Source of the DNA: Eledone cirrhosa
Lineage: Eukaryota
Length of the DNA: 64,000 bases
Direction: 5' to 3'
NCBI GenBank assembly: GCA_964016885.1
Contig: OZ024758.1
Coordinates: 31,310,001 to 31,374,000 of the forward strand
Shown here: piece by piece, positions 33,445 to 49,031 of the stretch
Numbering within the stretch: position 1 is the first letter of the stretch
Layout: each line of letters opens with the position of its first letter
Notes under the pieces: generated by a model
The model's database searches: none
Seen by the model: only the letters and a program-made list of their open reading frames with translations
What the model was told of the DNA's origin: nothing
Made by a program: the position numbers and the translations under genes

Positions 33445-35175
33445 GATTTAATGCTCTGAAATAGCGATATATATGTGAAGACAAACATAGAATATTCGAA
33501 AATATTCTGTATGTTTATAATAAACATTTTGGAGACCCAATCGCTATAGAATAGAATACGTCACGTATTACAATTTGAGATTCTCGATAAAAGCAAGGGA
33601 AGTAATCTACGCGTTTCATTCTTGTTAGAAATCATCAGGATTACATATCCAATGCTTTTATCGAGAACGACACAGCTAGAGACTTATAGAATACTTAGCT
33701 GTGTACAGGAACTGGTTTGAAAGAGCGGTAGCCGGTCCGGCAGAAATTAGAATTTGGATTTAATGCTCTGAAATAGCGATATATATGTGAAGACAAACAT
33801 AGAATATTCGAAAATATTCTGTATGTTTATAATAAACATGTTGGAGACCCAATCGCTATAGAATAGAATACGTCACGTATTACAATTTGAGATTCTCGAT
33901 AAAAGCAAGGGAAGTAATCTACGCGTTTCATTCTTGTTAGAAATCATCAGGATTACATATCCAATGCTTTTATCGAGAACGACACAGCTAGAGACTTATA
34001 GAATACTTAGCTGTGTACAGGAACTGGTTTGAAAGAGCGGTAGCCGGTCCGGCTACCGGTCCGGCTATCATAATCCTGATGATTTCTAACAAGAATGAAA
34101 CGCGTAGATTACTTCCCTTGCTTTTATCGAGAATCTCAAATTGTAATACGTGACGTATTCTATTCTATAGCGATTGGGTCTCCAAAATGTTTATTATAAA
34201 CATACAGAATATTTTCGAATATTCTATGTTTGTCTTCACATATATATCGCTATTTCAGAGCATTAAATCCAAATTCTAATTTCTGCCGGACCGGCTACCG
34301 CTCTTTCAAACCAGTTCCTGTACACAGCTAAGTATTCTATAAGTCTCTAGCTGTGTCGTTCTCGATAAAAGCATTGGATATGTAATCCTGATGATTTCTA
34401 ACAAGAATGAAACGCGTAGATTACTTCCCTTGCTTTTATCGAGAATCTCAAATTGTAATACGTGACGTATTCTATTCTATAGCGATTGGGTCTCCAAAAT
34501 GTTTATTATAAACATACAGAATATTTTCGAATATTCTATGTTTGTCTTCACATATATATCGCTATTTCAGAGCATTAAATCCAAATTCTAATTTCTGCCG
34601 GACCGGCTACCGCTCTTTCAAACCAGTTCCTGTACACAGCTAAGTATTCTATAAGTCTCTAGCTGTGTCGTTCTCGATAAAAGCATTGGATATGTAATCC
34701 TGATGATTTCTAACAAGAATGAAACGCGTAGATTACTTCCCTTGCTTTTATCGAGAATCTCAAATTGTAATACGTGACGTATTCTATTCTATAGCGATTG
34801 GGTCTCCAAAATGTTTATTATAAACATACAGAATATTTTCGAATATTCTATGTTTGTCTTCACATATATATCGCTATTTCAGAGCATTAAATCCAAATTC
34901 TAATTTCTGCCGGACCGGCTACCGCTCTTTAAAACCAGTTCCTGTACACAGCTAAGTATTCTATAAGTCTCTAGCTGTGTCGTTCTCGATAAAAGCATTG
35001 GATATGTAATCCTGATGATTTCTAACAAGAATGAAACGCGTAGATTACTTCCCTTGCTTTTATCGAGAATCTCAAATTGTAATACGTGACGTATTCTATT
35101 CTATAGCGATTGGGTCTCCAAAATGTTTATTATAAACATACAGAATATTTTCGAATATTCTATGTTTGTCTTCAT
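33440..35175. mobile_element. Array of 312-bp HHR units: 2 on the minus strand, inversion at ~34055, then ~3.5 on the plus strand
   Basis: HHRs at 33602-33644 and 33914-33956 (-); 34071-34112, 34382-34424, 34694-34736 and 35006-35048 (+). Confidence 0.93.
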
Positions 35176-35725
35176 ATATATATATATATATATATCTTTA
35201 TATATATATCTTTATATATCTTTATATATATATCTTATATATATAGATATATATCTTTATATATATATCTTTATATATCTTTTTTATATATCTTATATAT
35301 ATATATATAGATATATATATATCTTTATATATATATATATATATATCTTTATATATATAATCAACAACAAAGAACGCTTAGAGCATAGGTATATCTTTAC
35401 TTGCTAACAGTGTTTCGTCCACACTATAAGTGGGACTCATCAGAGCATAAAGAGTGCTTACATATTACACAAGCAATAACAAAGCCAAGACAGAAGAATA
35501 TATATGGGGATGCCATAAGTTGGGAGGGTTTAAAGAGTAGAGTAAATAGAGTGTAGAAAATAAAATTGGAGGATAAAGAATAGTGAAAAGTAAAAAAATA
35601 AATAATAAACATTGAAGAAATAAAAAATAAACATTGAAAAATAAGCATTGAAAAATAAGAGGTGCTATCAGTCACAGTTGGGCAGGGTGCTGTTAACAAA
35701 CAGTTACATACAAGCATACGCATCC

Positions 35726-37902
35726 CTTGTTAGGAATATTAGGTATAAAAAATCTAGATGTACCAATAAATTTCAGAGTAAACTAAGTTCCATCGTTAGG
35801 GACTTTAGGGATAATAAATCCATTCTGGTCCCCTCTGACAAAACTAAAAACTTGTATAGTATGGATTATAAAACCTATCGCGGCTTCATTTATAATGAAC
35901 TACATAGGAACTACAAAAAAACAACGCAGAGTAATTTAGATAATATTAATCTGGAGGGGTATAACATAGTGGTAAAATTAGGTCTAGATAAACACACTCA
36001 ACCATATTACCCCAAGCAGCCTAGATTCACCCTCAAAGACCATAAGGAAAACTTTATTAGCAGACCCTCAGTTAGGCTTATCTGCCCCTCCAAGTCTGAT
36101 CTGGGGATTATTAGTAAGGGAATCCTAGATAGCGTTATTCCCCTGGTTAGAGAAAAAACTTTCCTTGAGCTTTGGGGTAACACTAGTGAAGTCATTAGGT
36201 GGTTCTCTACGGATTGTGGTCGTAACTCACTTAGGTTCATCCAATTTGATATTGATGCTTATTATACATCTATATCTCCTATTATCCTCAATAAGGCCCT
36301 TATCCTAGCCATGCAGAGAGGGGCAATTACACGGCCACAGATAGATATTGTTCTCGCTGCACGTAAAACCATTATCATGTTTGAGGATAATCTATGGACG
36401 AGAAAAAACACACCGGATAATTTTGACATTACTATGGGGTCAAGTGATTCTGCTCAGGTCACTGACTTAGTTCGGCTATACCTCCTCAATGAACTACATA
36501 GTAACTTCCTATTCCTTAGGGGTGGGTTGTACCGGGATGACGCCCTACTCTCCATAGATATTAGTAAGTATAATATAGTGCGCATTAGGAAAAAGCTGCA
36601 TAGTTTCTTTAAAACCTTTAATCTGTCCATTACTATGGATATAAACGATAGAACTGTTAACTTCCTTGATGTTACATTAGACTTGGATAACCATACGTAC
36701 ACACCGTACCATAAGCCTAATGAATTGCTGACTTACGTGAATACCAACTCTAACCACCCTAGGTCGGTCATCAGTGGTATATTGAAGGGCGTATCTAACA
36801 GAATAAGTTCACTCTCACATAGCGAAGAGGCGTTTAACTCGCAGGCTGATTACTATAATGATGCCTTAGCTAGATCCGGCTTTAGGGACAAATTGCATTA
36901 TACCCAGGGAAATAATAGTCCTAATAGTAGCTCTACCAGTGTTGTTATAACACATATGTCCATTGGTAATAGAGGTGTCTCGAATAGGAGGGTTCTAAAT
37001 GCCGGTGAAATGAACCAGCAGGGTACCATTAGTCTAAGTAATAGCAATGGTAGGCCTCGCAGCTCCCCGCATAAATTAGGTGAACATAGTAACCGTAGAA
37101 ATAATAATATTAATAATAATAATAATAATAATAATAATGATGGAAATAAAAAGAATAGAAAAAGATTGAATACATATTTCAACCCCCCTTTTAACTCTGA
37201 AGTGGCTATAAATATTCCTAGGGCCTTCTCTGTGTTAGAAAGGAACTTCCCTCCTGGTAAAAGGTACCACTCTATCCTCAATAAGAATGTTGTTAAACTT
37301 TCGTATTCTACAACCCAAAATCTGGCCTCTCATCTAGCCAATACTAATAATAGAAAAATTAAGGAAGGCCTGGACAACCTAAGCCTAGGGGAAAACACGG
37401 TAGTGGACAGAGGGAGCCTGGACACACGTGGTCAGCAAGCTGGTGATCATTCTGAGAATAGCATCACCAGAAATTGTAACTGTAGAAGGGCTTCGGGCTG
37501 CCCCCTGAATGGTTTCTGCCTTATTAGAAACATAGTTTACGCGTGTGATGTGGTAACTACGGCGTCCACTAAAACTTATATAGGATCAACTTCCACCCCC
37601 TTTAAGACCAGGTTTAACTCTCACCAGTGCACTTTTAGACACAATAAACTGAGGAATTCCACCTCCTTGGCAGCGTACGTCCATAACTTAAAAAATGCAC
37701 GAACACATTACACCCTCACTTGGCGCAGGTTGCTAAATCCCATCCATATACTCCTCATAATAGAGTATGTAACCTATGCCTTACTGAATCCCACTCTATT
37801 ATATTTGCTAAATGCTCTCTACTAAACAGAAAGTCAGAAATATTTTCCTCTTGCCCCCACCGAATATTAAGCTCTTTCTTCTACTTTAAACCTATTAGCT
37901 AG
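35726..37902 (+). pseudogene. PLE RT plus GIY-YIG ORF (Hydra-like), one frameshift near 37727
   Basis: SDKT, TLKDHK, RLICP, FDIDAYY, TMGSSDS, GLYRDD, NFLDV, YHKP, SNHP, CNCRRASGCPL, IVYAC..YIGST; continues in 37720-37902 (CNLCLTE, CPH). The first ~26 aa of the track ORF come from the inverted pLTR. Confidence 0.92.
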
Positions 37903-40188
37903 CACTTTCTTAATTCTCCAGTTGGGCTATCTTGTGTAACTGTCTCTTATTGTGTGTAATTGTTTGTCTTCTATGTATATGAGTCTGTGTGTGTATATGT
38001 ATGCCTGCGGGAGAATATTGATCTGGATATTGAGGTGTACAGGTGAGTTGGTGTGTATGTTAATAAGCACCCCTGTTTGGCACAGTGGATGTGACCCATC
38101 CACGCTCGCCTAGCCACCCTTAGTGCATTGGTGGGTCTATCCCAACGTGTATTTTACGGATCTGTACCTCTGTATGCGCATGAGTTATGATGTAATATAT
38201 CTATGTAGAGCGTGTACTGCGCTATAAGTTGCACAAATGGAAATCTAGCCTGTAACTGTGAGCGCACCTGTGCCATCTCGCCGTGAGCAGTAGATACGTA
38301 GCACATGCACGTGTTACCCTCCTATTCTGTGGTTTAAGATCTACAGGCTGACTTCGGGGAGCTCTTGCCCGGTGTTGTAGTCTTTCTAGCACAATCGGCC
38401 TTCCATATATTGACGGTCGTTGTTATTATCCCAAAAATAACGTTTTGGCCCCGATAGCCCTCCGTAGTTATTAACGGTCTGTTTACACTTGAATCGGGTG
38501 ACTACACGTGTGGACATGCATCTCTTCGTAAGAATTTACTTTGATTAATTTTGCTGCATCTCCTCGTAAGAATTTATTTTGATTAATTTTGCTGGGAAAA
38601 AAATATATTATCTGTGACCAGTGTGAGCGACTGTTGTGGGTTCTGCCTTTTGTTAGCCTAATAAGATATTTCTGTGTATTATATTCGCTTTGACCCGGGT
38701 GTCCTACGCTGTGTGTGTGTGCGTGTGTGTCTGTATATACATTTATATGTGTATGAGTGTAGGTGGTTGTATATGTCTATATATAAATATATATATATAT
38801 ATATATACCGTCTCTATATATGCATGTGGTGTGTGTATATGCATATACGTACTAACCATATTGTTGTGTATATTCTTGGGATGCCTCAATGTTGTGATTT
38901 CATGGATATTGGCTTTTGAAACTATTTTTTATATGCGCTGTTGAGTATGCATATTAACCCGCCTAACCCAACTGTATTTGCTTGCTTTCGGCTAGCCCAC
39001 CTGCACTTGCTTGCTTTCGGCCCACTTATCTGCCTCTTGATGTTCATGTTGATGTAAACGAATTTGCTTGCTACCTTGTGACGTTGTGACACTCAGTTGA
39101 CCCATGGATGTTCCTGCTGCTGCATGTGAATTTACCTACCTTCCTTGCATACGTCCTTGCTAGTGATGTGGATATACTTCTGTTGACCAATAGATTCCTG
39201 CCCGAGTGTGAACCTTTTGTGATTGCCCCACCGCTCAACTGTGTGAATGCACACCCGTGACTTTCGAGTGTGAACTTCTGTGACTGCCAAACCTGGGATG
39301 TCTCCATTGCATTGCAATGGTCAACTCAATCGAGTGTGGACATAGCACCTGTTGATTATAAATCTCATTTGAACATTTGATTGTTGTGATATGGCTAACT
39401 GTAACACTTAAGGCGTTCGTGTGCCCCTGATATATTCAAGAAATATATTCAAAAAATATATATCTTATCTCACTTTACTTTATTTTATTTTATTTCAATG
39501 TATTTTATTTTATATAATTTTATTTTATTTATTCTTTACCCTTTATCTTTATTATCTGTATATTTTACATATATATTTTTTATATTTTATATTTTTTATA
39601 TATATTATTTGTCTATTGTTTATCTATTTTTTATCTATTTTTATCTACTCTTATCTATCTTATCTATTTTTGTCTATTCCTTATCTATTCTCTATCTCTT
39701 ATCCATGGTTAATCTATTTTTTATCTATGGTTAATCTATTTTTATCCTTTGTTTATCTTACTTTTACCCATTGTATTTTTACCCATTGTATATCCACCAT
39801 TTATCTCTTAGCTTTTGCATACTCGTCCATGATATGTTATTTGTATTAGTCTATACTATATGTGTTGCATATGGCTGCCTGTTGTGTGGTTGCATGCGGG
39901 TGCTCATGCTTATGCGTATGCTTGTATGTAACTGTTTGTTAACAGCACCCTGCCCAACTGTGACTGATAGCACCTCTTATTTTTCAATGCTTATTTTTCA
40001 ATGTTTATTTTTTATTTCTTCAATGTTTATTATTTATTTTTTTACTTTTCACTATTCTTTATCCTCCAATTTTATTTTCTACACTCTATTTACTCTACTC
40101 TTTAAACCCCTCCCAACTTATGGCATCCCCATATATATTCTTCTGTCTTGGCTTTGTTATTGCTTGTGTAATATGTAAGCACTCTTTA

Positions 40189-40234
40189 TGCTCTGATGAG
40201 TCCCACTTATAGTGTGGACGAAACACTGTTAGCA
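40189..40234 (+). ncRNA. Type I hammerhead ribozyme
   Basis: tgct CTGATGA gtcc..ggac GAAA cactg TT agca. Confidence 0.85.
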
Positions 40235-40372
40235 AGTAAAGATATACCTATGCTCTAAGCGTTCTTTGTTGTTGATTATATTACGTCTCTGTCCTCAGAC
40301 ATCGAGCTAACCTTATACTGCCTATTGGATAAGTGGAGTGTTACACACTCCTAATCCCCTCCCTTATATACT

Positions 40373-40402
40373 ATCTTTATATATATATAGATATATATAT
40401 AT

Positions 40403-40460
<58 letters not shown>

Positions 40461-40551
40461 TTATATATATATAGATATATATAGATATCTTTATATATAT
40501 ATAGATATATATATATATCTTTATATATATATATATATATATTATATTTAT

Positions 40552-40595
<44 letters not shown>

Positions 40596-40745
40596 TTATA
40601 TATATATAGATATATATAGATAACTTTATATATATATAGATATATATATATATCTTTATATATATATATATATATTATATTTATCTTTATATATATATAG
40701 ATATATATATATATCTTTATATATATATATATATATTATATTTAT

Positions 40746-40812
<67 letters not shown>

Positions 40813-41019
40813 TATATATATATCTTTATATATATATATATATATTATATATATATATCTTTATATATATATATATATATATCTTTATATATATATAGAT
40901 ATATATATATCTTTATATATAGATATATATTTATATTATATATATATATCTTTATATATATATATATATATCATATATATATATATATCTTTATATATAT
41001 ATAGATATATATATATCTT

Positions 41020-41050
<31 letters not shown>

Positions 41051-41258
41051 ATATCTTTATATATATATAGATATATATATATCTTTATATATATATATTT
41101 ATATTTATATATATATCTTTATATATATATATATATATCTTATATATATATATATCTTTATATATAGATATATATTTATATTATATATATATATCTTTAT
41201 ATATATATATATCATACATATATATATCTTTATATATATATAGATATATATATATCTT

Positions 41259-41289
<31 letters not shown>

Positions 41290-41363
41290 ATATCTTTATA
41301 TATATATATATATATCTTATATATATATATATCTTTATATATATATAGATATATATATATCTT

Positions 41364-41395
<32 letters not shown>

Positions 41396-41430
41396 ATATC
41401 TTTATATATATATAGATATATATATATCTT

Positions 41431-41462
<32 letters not shown>

Positions 41463-41693
41463 ATATCTTTATATATATATATATATCTTATATATATATA
41501 TATCTTTATATATATATATCTTATATATATATATATCTTTATATATATATATATATCTTATATATATATATATCTTTATATATATATATATATCTTTATA
41601 TATATATATATATATATATCTTTATATATATATATATATACATCTTTATATATATATATATATATATATACATCTTTATATATATATATATAT

Positions 41694-41739
<46 letters not shown>

Positions 41740-41742
41740 TTA

Positions 41743-41793
<51 letters not shown>

Positions 41794-41845
41794 TTATATA
41801 TATATATATATCTTTATCTTTATATATATATATATATATATATAT
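40373..41845. repeat. (TA)n array with CTTT and AGA interruptions and higher-order periodicity
   Basis: Directly visible. Confidence 0.95.
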
Positions 41846-43671
41846 CAGCCAAAGCCGAAATAACCGCTCCAGAAGTATGCTGATGTCACGCGTGCCGCAC
41901 CAACAAGGAGAAGGCACGCACATGCCGACGAGATACAGATGGCAGCAGCAGAGCAGAAAAATGCTTTAGTGATGGCAGAGAAGATTGTGGGACAGCTGAC
42001 CTGGCTGCATCGTCTCCAGAGCCAGGGTCATCCACACCAGCACTCGAGACCACCGCAGTTAAGGGACCCAGAGTGGCCGCCGCTGACACCAGGCCAGGTG
42101 TCATACCGACAGCCATTACTGGCACCCCAAAAGTCACACCAGTGCTGCTGCTGAATGTCAGGGGCCTGGTGAAACTCAGCAACATGAGTAAAATTTCCTA
42201 CCTGGGAGACTTAGCCATAAGCAATCAAGCACTATGCATGGTACTAACCGAAACGCACCTGACAAGCAGTATAGCAGATGCAGAAATACATATACCAAAA
42301 TATACTGTATTTTGTTCGGACAGGAAGGAGAGAACTCATGGTGGGGTTGCTCTGTATATCCGTGAAGATGTCACACCAATTGTACTGTTGACACATTCAA
42401 ACTCAGTCTGTGACACACTGATAATACATATGAAGCAACTTCAGACGGTAATATGTGTCACATATCGGCCGCCCGATGCCCCCAGTCATGAGGGTAAATT
42501 TGAGGATAGCCTAAGTAGGATAGAAGAGGTCCTTGACAAACTGGACCAGGGTCTCAACATTCTACTGCTGGGAGACCTCAACCTACCAAAGGTCAAATGG
42601 CCTGAGGGCCACCTCCTCCTTTGTATGACGTCAATAGAACAGAGACAGACGGAATCCATGCTGGCCCTCACACACAGGCTGTTCATGGAGCAAGCAATAC
42701 TCCTCCCAACAAGAGGCGAAAATGTCCTGGACCTCTGTTTTACAAACAACGAAGTGCTCATCCACAATGTAAAGGTGACACCAACATTTCTCTCGGATCA
42801 GAACTTAGTAGAGCTAATGATATGTGGTCCAAGAGAACCAACAGAGACAAAACCACCAAGAAGCTCCGGGACGTTATCCAGCCTTAACTTCTACAAGGCT
42901 AACTGGAAAAAGATTAAGAGAGAAATCCGGAAGCAAACATGGAGTGAAAACACCGCCACACAAGACACTAACACACAATTTCAACACTTCATGACAACGA
43001 TAGACACTATATGCAAAAAGTTTGTCCCGGAGAAAGAGGCAAACAGACACAAAAATCTTATTCCCAGAGATAGGAAAATCCTTATGAGACGTAGAACCAA
43101 ACACTCAAACCAGTTGAATAGTCAACAAAACAAAAACAAGAAGGAATCCTATTTGAAATGTGCATTACTTGGCACCGAGATTGCACTCAAGCTTTCCCAT
43201 GAGAATGAGAGGGAAAAGAAAGAGAACAGGGCCATAGACAACATTAAAACAAACCCTAAGGCCTTCTTTAAATTTGCAAAAGAAACTGCCTCAGTACACT
43301 GCAAGATTGGGCCACTCTTCTATACGGACGGTTCATTAACGAAAACCTCCAAGAGATATGTGAAATACTGAACGAACAGTACAAAAGTGTGTTCACATGT
43401 CCACTGAGGCACATGCAAATAACGAAGCCAGAGGAGTTCTTTGATGCCACAACACTACATGAAGAAATGACAACCATCAGCCACATAGACATAACGGAGG
43501 AGGATGTGGTGTACGCCATTGATGAAATTAGAACAGACTCGGCTGCTGGACCTAATGGATTCCCAGCAGTTCTCTTAAAAATATGTAAGCGGGCCTTAGC
43601 AACTCTACTGAAGATGCTCTTCAAAAGCTCCTTGGCTAGCGGTGTACTACCCAGGGAGCTGAAAGAAGGCA
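41846..43671 (+). pseudogene. CR1/L2/Jockey-group LINE ORF2 fragment (APE endonuclease to pre-RT region)
   Basis: ORF 42073-43371: NVRGL, LTETHL, HGGVALY, YRPP, LGDLN, TRGENVLDL, SDQ, NPKAFF; 43389-43671 SAAGPNGFP; truncated by the family C HHR unit. Confidence 0.88.
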
Positions 43672-44449
43672 CAATATGTGCTTTTACAATTCTCCAGAGA
43701 AGCCGGAAGATGGGTAAATATTGCTGATGAGATGTAATAACATCGAAACTAGTCCAATATTCCTGTCTGGCCCTCTGGAGAATAGAGGAAATGTGTTTCC
43801 TTGAAAACTCGTATGACTCTAAAACCCGGTCCGCCTGTGTGGTTACATACAGACTAGCTGACACTCACTGTAAAGTGTCTAGTGAAAAGCTGAGTACATG
43901 TACATATGTATACATGTGTGTATTTATATGCATACTAATACTTCCGTATACATATGTAGATGTACACTTTAACTTAATTGTTTAAGCGTCAGTCATACAA
44001 AAGTGAGTTAGAAGCGAAACGAAATTTAATTTCGTTTCGTTATTTGTTTTTATCGTTTCCGCTGAACCGGTGCGTACAATGACTCACGTTCTATGCAAAT
44101 TAGTCTACCCACTACTAATTTTCATAGAAAAAGCATATAACGATATGTGCTTTTACAATTCTCCAGAGAAGCCGGAAGATGGGTAAATATTGCTGATGAG
44201 ATGTAATAACATCGAAACTAGTCCAATATTCCTGTCTGGCCCTCTGGTGAATAGAGGAAATGTGTTTCCTTGAAAACTCGTATGGCTCTAAAACCCGGTC
44301 CGCCTGTGTGGTTACATACAGACTAGCTGACACTCACTGTAAAGTGTCTAGTGAAAAGCTGAGTACATGTACATATGTATACATGTGTGTATTTATATGC
44401 ATACTAATACTTCCGTATACATATGTAGATGTACACTTTAACTTAATTG

Positions 44450-44450
<1 letters not shown>
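43672..44450 (+). mobile_element. 1.7 tandem copies of the 469-bp family C HHR unit
   Basis: HHRs at 43717-43761 and 44186-44230. Confidence 0.9.
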
Positions 44451-44513
<63 letters not shown>

Positions 44514-44529
44514 ATATATATATATATAA

Positions 44530-44902
<373 letters not shown>

Positions 44903-44919
44903 TCTGAAATTTTAGTAAG

Positions 44920-44972
<53 letters not shown>

Positions 44973-45136
44973 AAATTTTAGTAAGTAAGTTAATTTTTAT
45001 AATTTTCTTATTTTACGTCTTTCATATTATTGTTCTGCATCCCCATGCATTGAACCACAAAGTTACTAAGACAAAACCTATATATTTGCTGGCATATGTA
45101 TGCATCTGTATATATATGTTAATCGATATACTAATT

Positions 45137-45225
<89 letters not shown>

Positions 45226-45242
45226 GATATATATATATATAT

Positions 45243-45375
45243 GATAAAGAACACAAGAGCGTCTACAACATCAACAGATTTTTATTGGCTTACAATGTTT
45301 CTTCCTTACGTAACCGTAGGATTCGTCAGAGCTATAAAAGGGGTTTGATTGGTGTTATGGACTCTACCAACCAAA
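45243..45375 (-). mobile_element. 130-bp micro-insertion consisting mostly of an HHR (45280-45339)
   Basis: agct CTGACGA atcctacg..cgtaagga aGAAA cattg TA agcc; flanked by (TA)n. Confidence 0.75.
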
Positions 45376-45400
45376 TATATATATAAAGATATATATATAT

Positions 45401-45533
<133 letters not shown>

Positions 45534-45535
45534 TA

Positions 45536-45594
<59 letters not shown>

Positions 45595-45597
<3 letters not shown>

Positions 45598-48500
45598 GGA
45601 GGAGAGTTTTATTGTAGTACAATAAAGCAATGCAGATATCGGATAAGAAGCACTCTACAGTTTGTGGGACTGGAGTATGCATAATATAAGATCAAAAGAT
45701 GGTTAAAGGAGTTCCATATATTTTATTATGCGCATTTCAAAAACAAACATCATCAAACAATAATATTTGTGTTTTCATCAGAAGGCGAACATGATATGAA
45801 GGCTAAAAAAACACTTGTTGATAGTGCAGTTTTAAATCAACATATGAAAAGTGGTTTTAGATTGATGTGTGATATTGGGAAAAATATTTTATTTAGAGAG
45901 GGGGGGGGAGAAAAGGATGAAAAGGGAAGGAGATGAGAGGGAGAGATGGGTGATAGAGAGAAAGAGATAGTTTTTATAACTGAGAGGAGATATATTTTAT
46001 ATAGAGGGGTTGAAAACCGTTGGAAGATACTGTATAAATTAAAAATTTTGAAAATTAACGAAGGGAGGATATGTGCGAGGAAAAAATATTTTATTTAGGG
46101 AGGGGGGGGGTTGGAAAGGATGAAAAAAAGGGGAGGAGATGAGAGTGAAGGTGGAAAGGGAGAGATGGGTGATAGAGAGAAAGAGATAGTTTTTATAACT
46201 GAGAAAAAGATATAATGTTTTAATATAGAGAGGTTGGGAACCGTTGGAAGATAATGTATAAATTAAAGGAATTTGAAAATTAACGAAGGGAAATTATGTA
46301 TGAAGATAGAGAGAAAAAAATAATAATTGTGGGTGAATATTCTAACGTCAAAAGAAGAAATGTAGGAATTTCAAAATTAGCAAAGAGAAAAAGTTTATGT
46401 GTAGAAGGATTTGAGAAAAATAATGTGAAGTTAAAGTTTGTATATTGAATTCATATGTATTAATAATGAGTTCGTTGATGGGGAGAAAAAAATAATAATA
46501 AATTAAGGATGAAATTGAGATTAAAAAGATTTATGATAGAGAGAAAAAATAATAATGATTGCGGATGAATACTCAAAATGTCAAATCCAATGTTATTGTT
46601 TTACGAGAAGATAGAATGAGGGTAATGAGTAAACGAGTATTATAGAGTGTATAATGCCCTTTAAGGTAAGGTAGATGGGTATATTTTAAAGAATATATGA
46701 GTATATATTAAAAAAAAATATATATAATAATAAATTAAGGATGAAATTGAGATTAAAAAGATTTATGATAGAGAGAAAAAATAATAATGATTGCGGATGA
46801 ATACTCAAAATGTCAAAAACCAATGTTATTGTTTTACGAGAAGATAGAATGATGGTAATGAGTAAACGAGTATTATAGAGTGTATAATGCCCTTTAAGGT
46901 AAGGTAGATGGGTATATTTTAAAGAATATATGAGTATATATTAAAAAAAAATATATATAATAATAAATTAAGGATGAAATTGAGATTAAAAAGATTTATG
47001 ATAGAGAGAAAAAATAATAATGATTGCGGATGAATATTCAAAATGTCAAAAACAAATGTTATTGTTTTACGAGAAGATAGAATGAGGGTAATGAGTAAAC
47101 GAGTATTATAGAGTGTATAATGCCCTTTAAAGTAAGGTAGATGGGTATATTTTAAAGAGGTGTATGTATATGTGCCTTTGAGAAAAGATTCTAAATTGAT
47201 AAAGAATTGAATATTAACTGTATACTTTGTGAAAAGTTCTATGGAATTTATGCAGGCAGATAGAAAACAAATCTGAGCGTCTATTTATTATGGATTCTAG
47301 GTTAGAGATAATGGTAAATTTTTCATTTAGGCAGAGATTACAGATTTTAGATTACAAACTTAATTTATGAATGTAAAATTATAACTAGCACCAATTCCTT
47401 CACCTATTTTGGCTCCACTTCCACCTCTTTTAAAGCTCGTCTCTATAATCATCATTCATCTTTCAAATACAAACTTAAAAGAACTAACACTGCTCTCTCA
47501 GAACTCATATGGTCCTTAAAAGACAAAAACATTAAATATAACATCTTTTGGAAAAAGATTTCTTCTGCATCCTCATACTTGAACAGCTCTCTATCTAAAA
47601 TCTGTAATCTCTGCCTAAATGAAAAATTTACCATTATCTCTAACCTAGAATCCATAATAAATAGACGCTCAGATTTGTTTTCTATCTGCCTGCATAAATT
47701 CCATAGAACTTTTCACAAAGTATACAGTTAATATTCAATTCTTTATCAATTTAGAATCTTTTCTCAAAGGCACATATACATACACCTCTTTAAAATATAC
47801 CCATCTACCTTACTTTAAAGGGCATTATACACTCTATAATACTCGTTTACTCATTACCCTCATTCTATCTTCTCGTAAAACAATAACATTTGTTTTTGAC
47901 ATTTTGAATATTCATCCGCAATCATTATTATTTTTTCTCTCTATCATAAATCTTTTTAATCTCAATTTCATCCTTAATTTATTATTATATATATTTTTTT
48001 TTAATATATACTCATATATTCTTTAAAATATACCCATCTACCTTACCTTAAAGGGCATTATACACTCTATAATACTCGTTTACTCATTACCCTCATTCTA
48101 TCTTCTCGTAAAACAATAACATTGGTTTTGACATTTTGAGTATTCATCCGCAATCATTATTATTTTTTCTCTCTATCATAAATCTTTTTAATCTCAATTT
48201 CATCCTTAATTTATTATTATTTTTTTCTCCCCATCAACGAACTCATTATTAATACATATGAATTCAATATACAAACTTTAACTTCACATTATTTTTCTCA
48301 AATCCTTCTACACATAAACTTTTTCTCTTTGCTAATTTTGAAATTCCTACATTTCTTCTTTTGACGTTAGAATATTCACCCACAATTATTATTTTTTTCT
48401 CTCTATCTTCATACATAATTTCCCTTCGTTAATTTTCAAATTCCTTTAATTTATACATTATCTTCCAACGGTTCCCAACCTCTCTATATTAAAACATTAT

Positions 48501-49031
48501 ATCTTTTTCTCAGTTATAAAAACTATCTCTTTCTCTCTATCACCCATCTCTCCCTTTCCACCTTCACTCTCATCTCCTCCCCTTTTTTTCATCCTTTCCA
48601 ACCCCCCCCCCTCCCTAAATAAAATATTTTTTCCTCGCACATATCCTCCCTTCGTTAATTTTCAAAATTTTTAATTTATACAGTATCTTCCAACGGTTTT
48701 CAACCCCTCTATATAAAATATATCTCCTCTCAGTTATAAAAACTATCTCTTTCTCTCTATCACCCATCTCTCCCTCTCATCTCCTTCCCTTTTCATCCTT
48801 TTCTCCCCCCCCCCTCTCTAAATAAAATATTTTTCCCAATATCACACATCAATCTAAAACCACTTTTCATATGTTGATTTAAAACTGCACTATCAACAAG
48901 TGTTTTTTTAGCCTTCATATCATGTTCTCCTGTTTTATCTGATGAAAACACAAATATTATTGTTTGTTGATGTTTGTTTTTGAAATGCGCATAATAAAAT
49001 ATATGGAACTCCTTTAACCATCTTTTGATCT

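Larger units (their letters stand above)
35355..40372 (+). mobile_element. Hydra-like PLE, 5'-truncated, with inverted 5' pLTR (35355-35723), 2.4-kb 3' UTR and tail (40282-40372)
   Basis: 35355-35723 is the reverse complement of 39912-40281; HHRs at 35402-35447(-) and 40189-40234(+). Confidence 0.92.

Noticed and set aside
33440-35175. CRISPR-like array
   Set aside because: Whole 312-bp units repeat with no unique spacers; eukaryotic context; no cas genes
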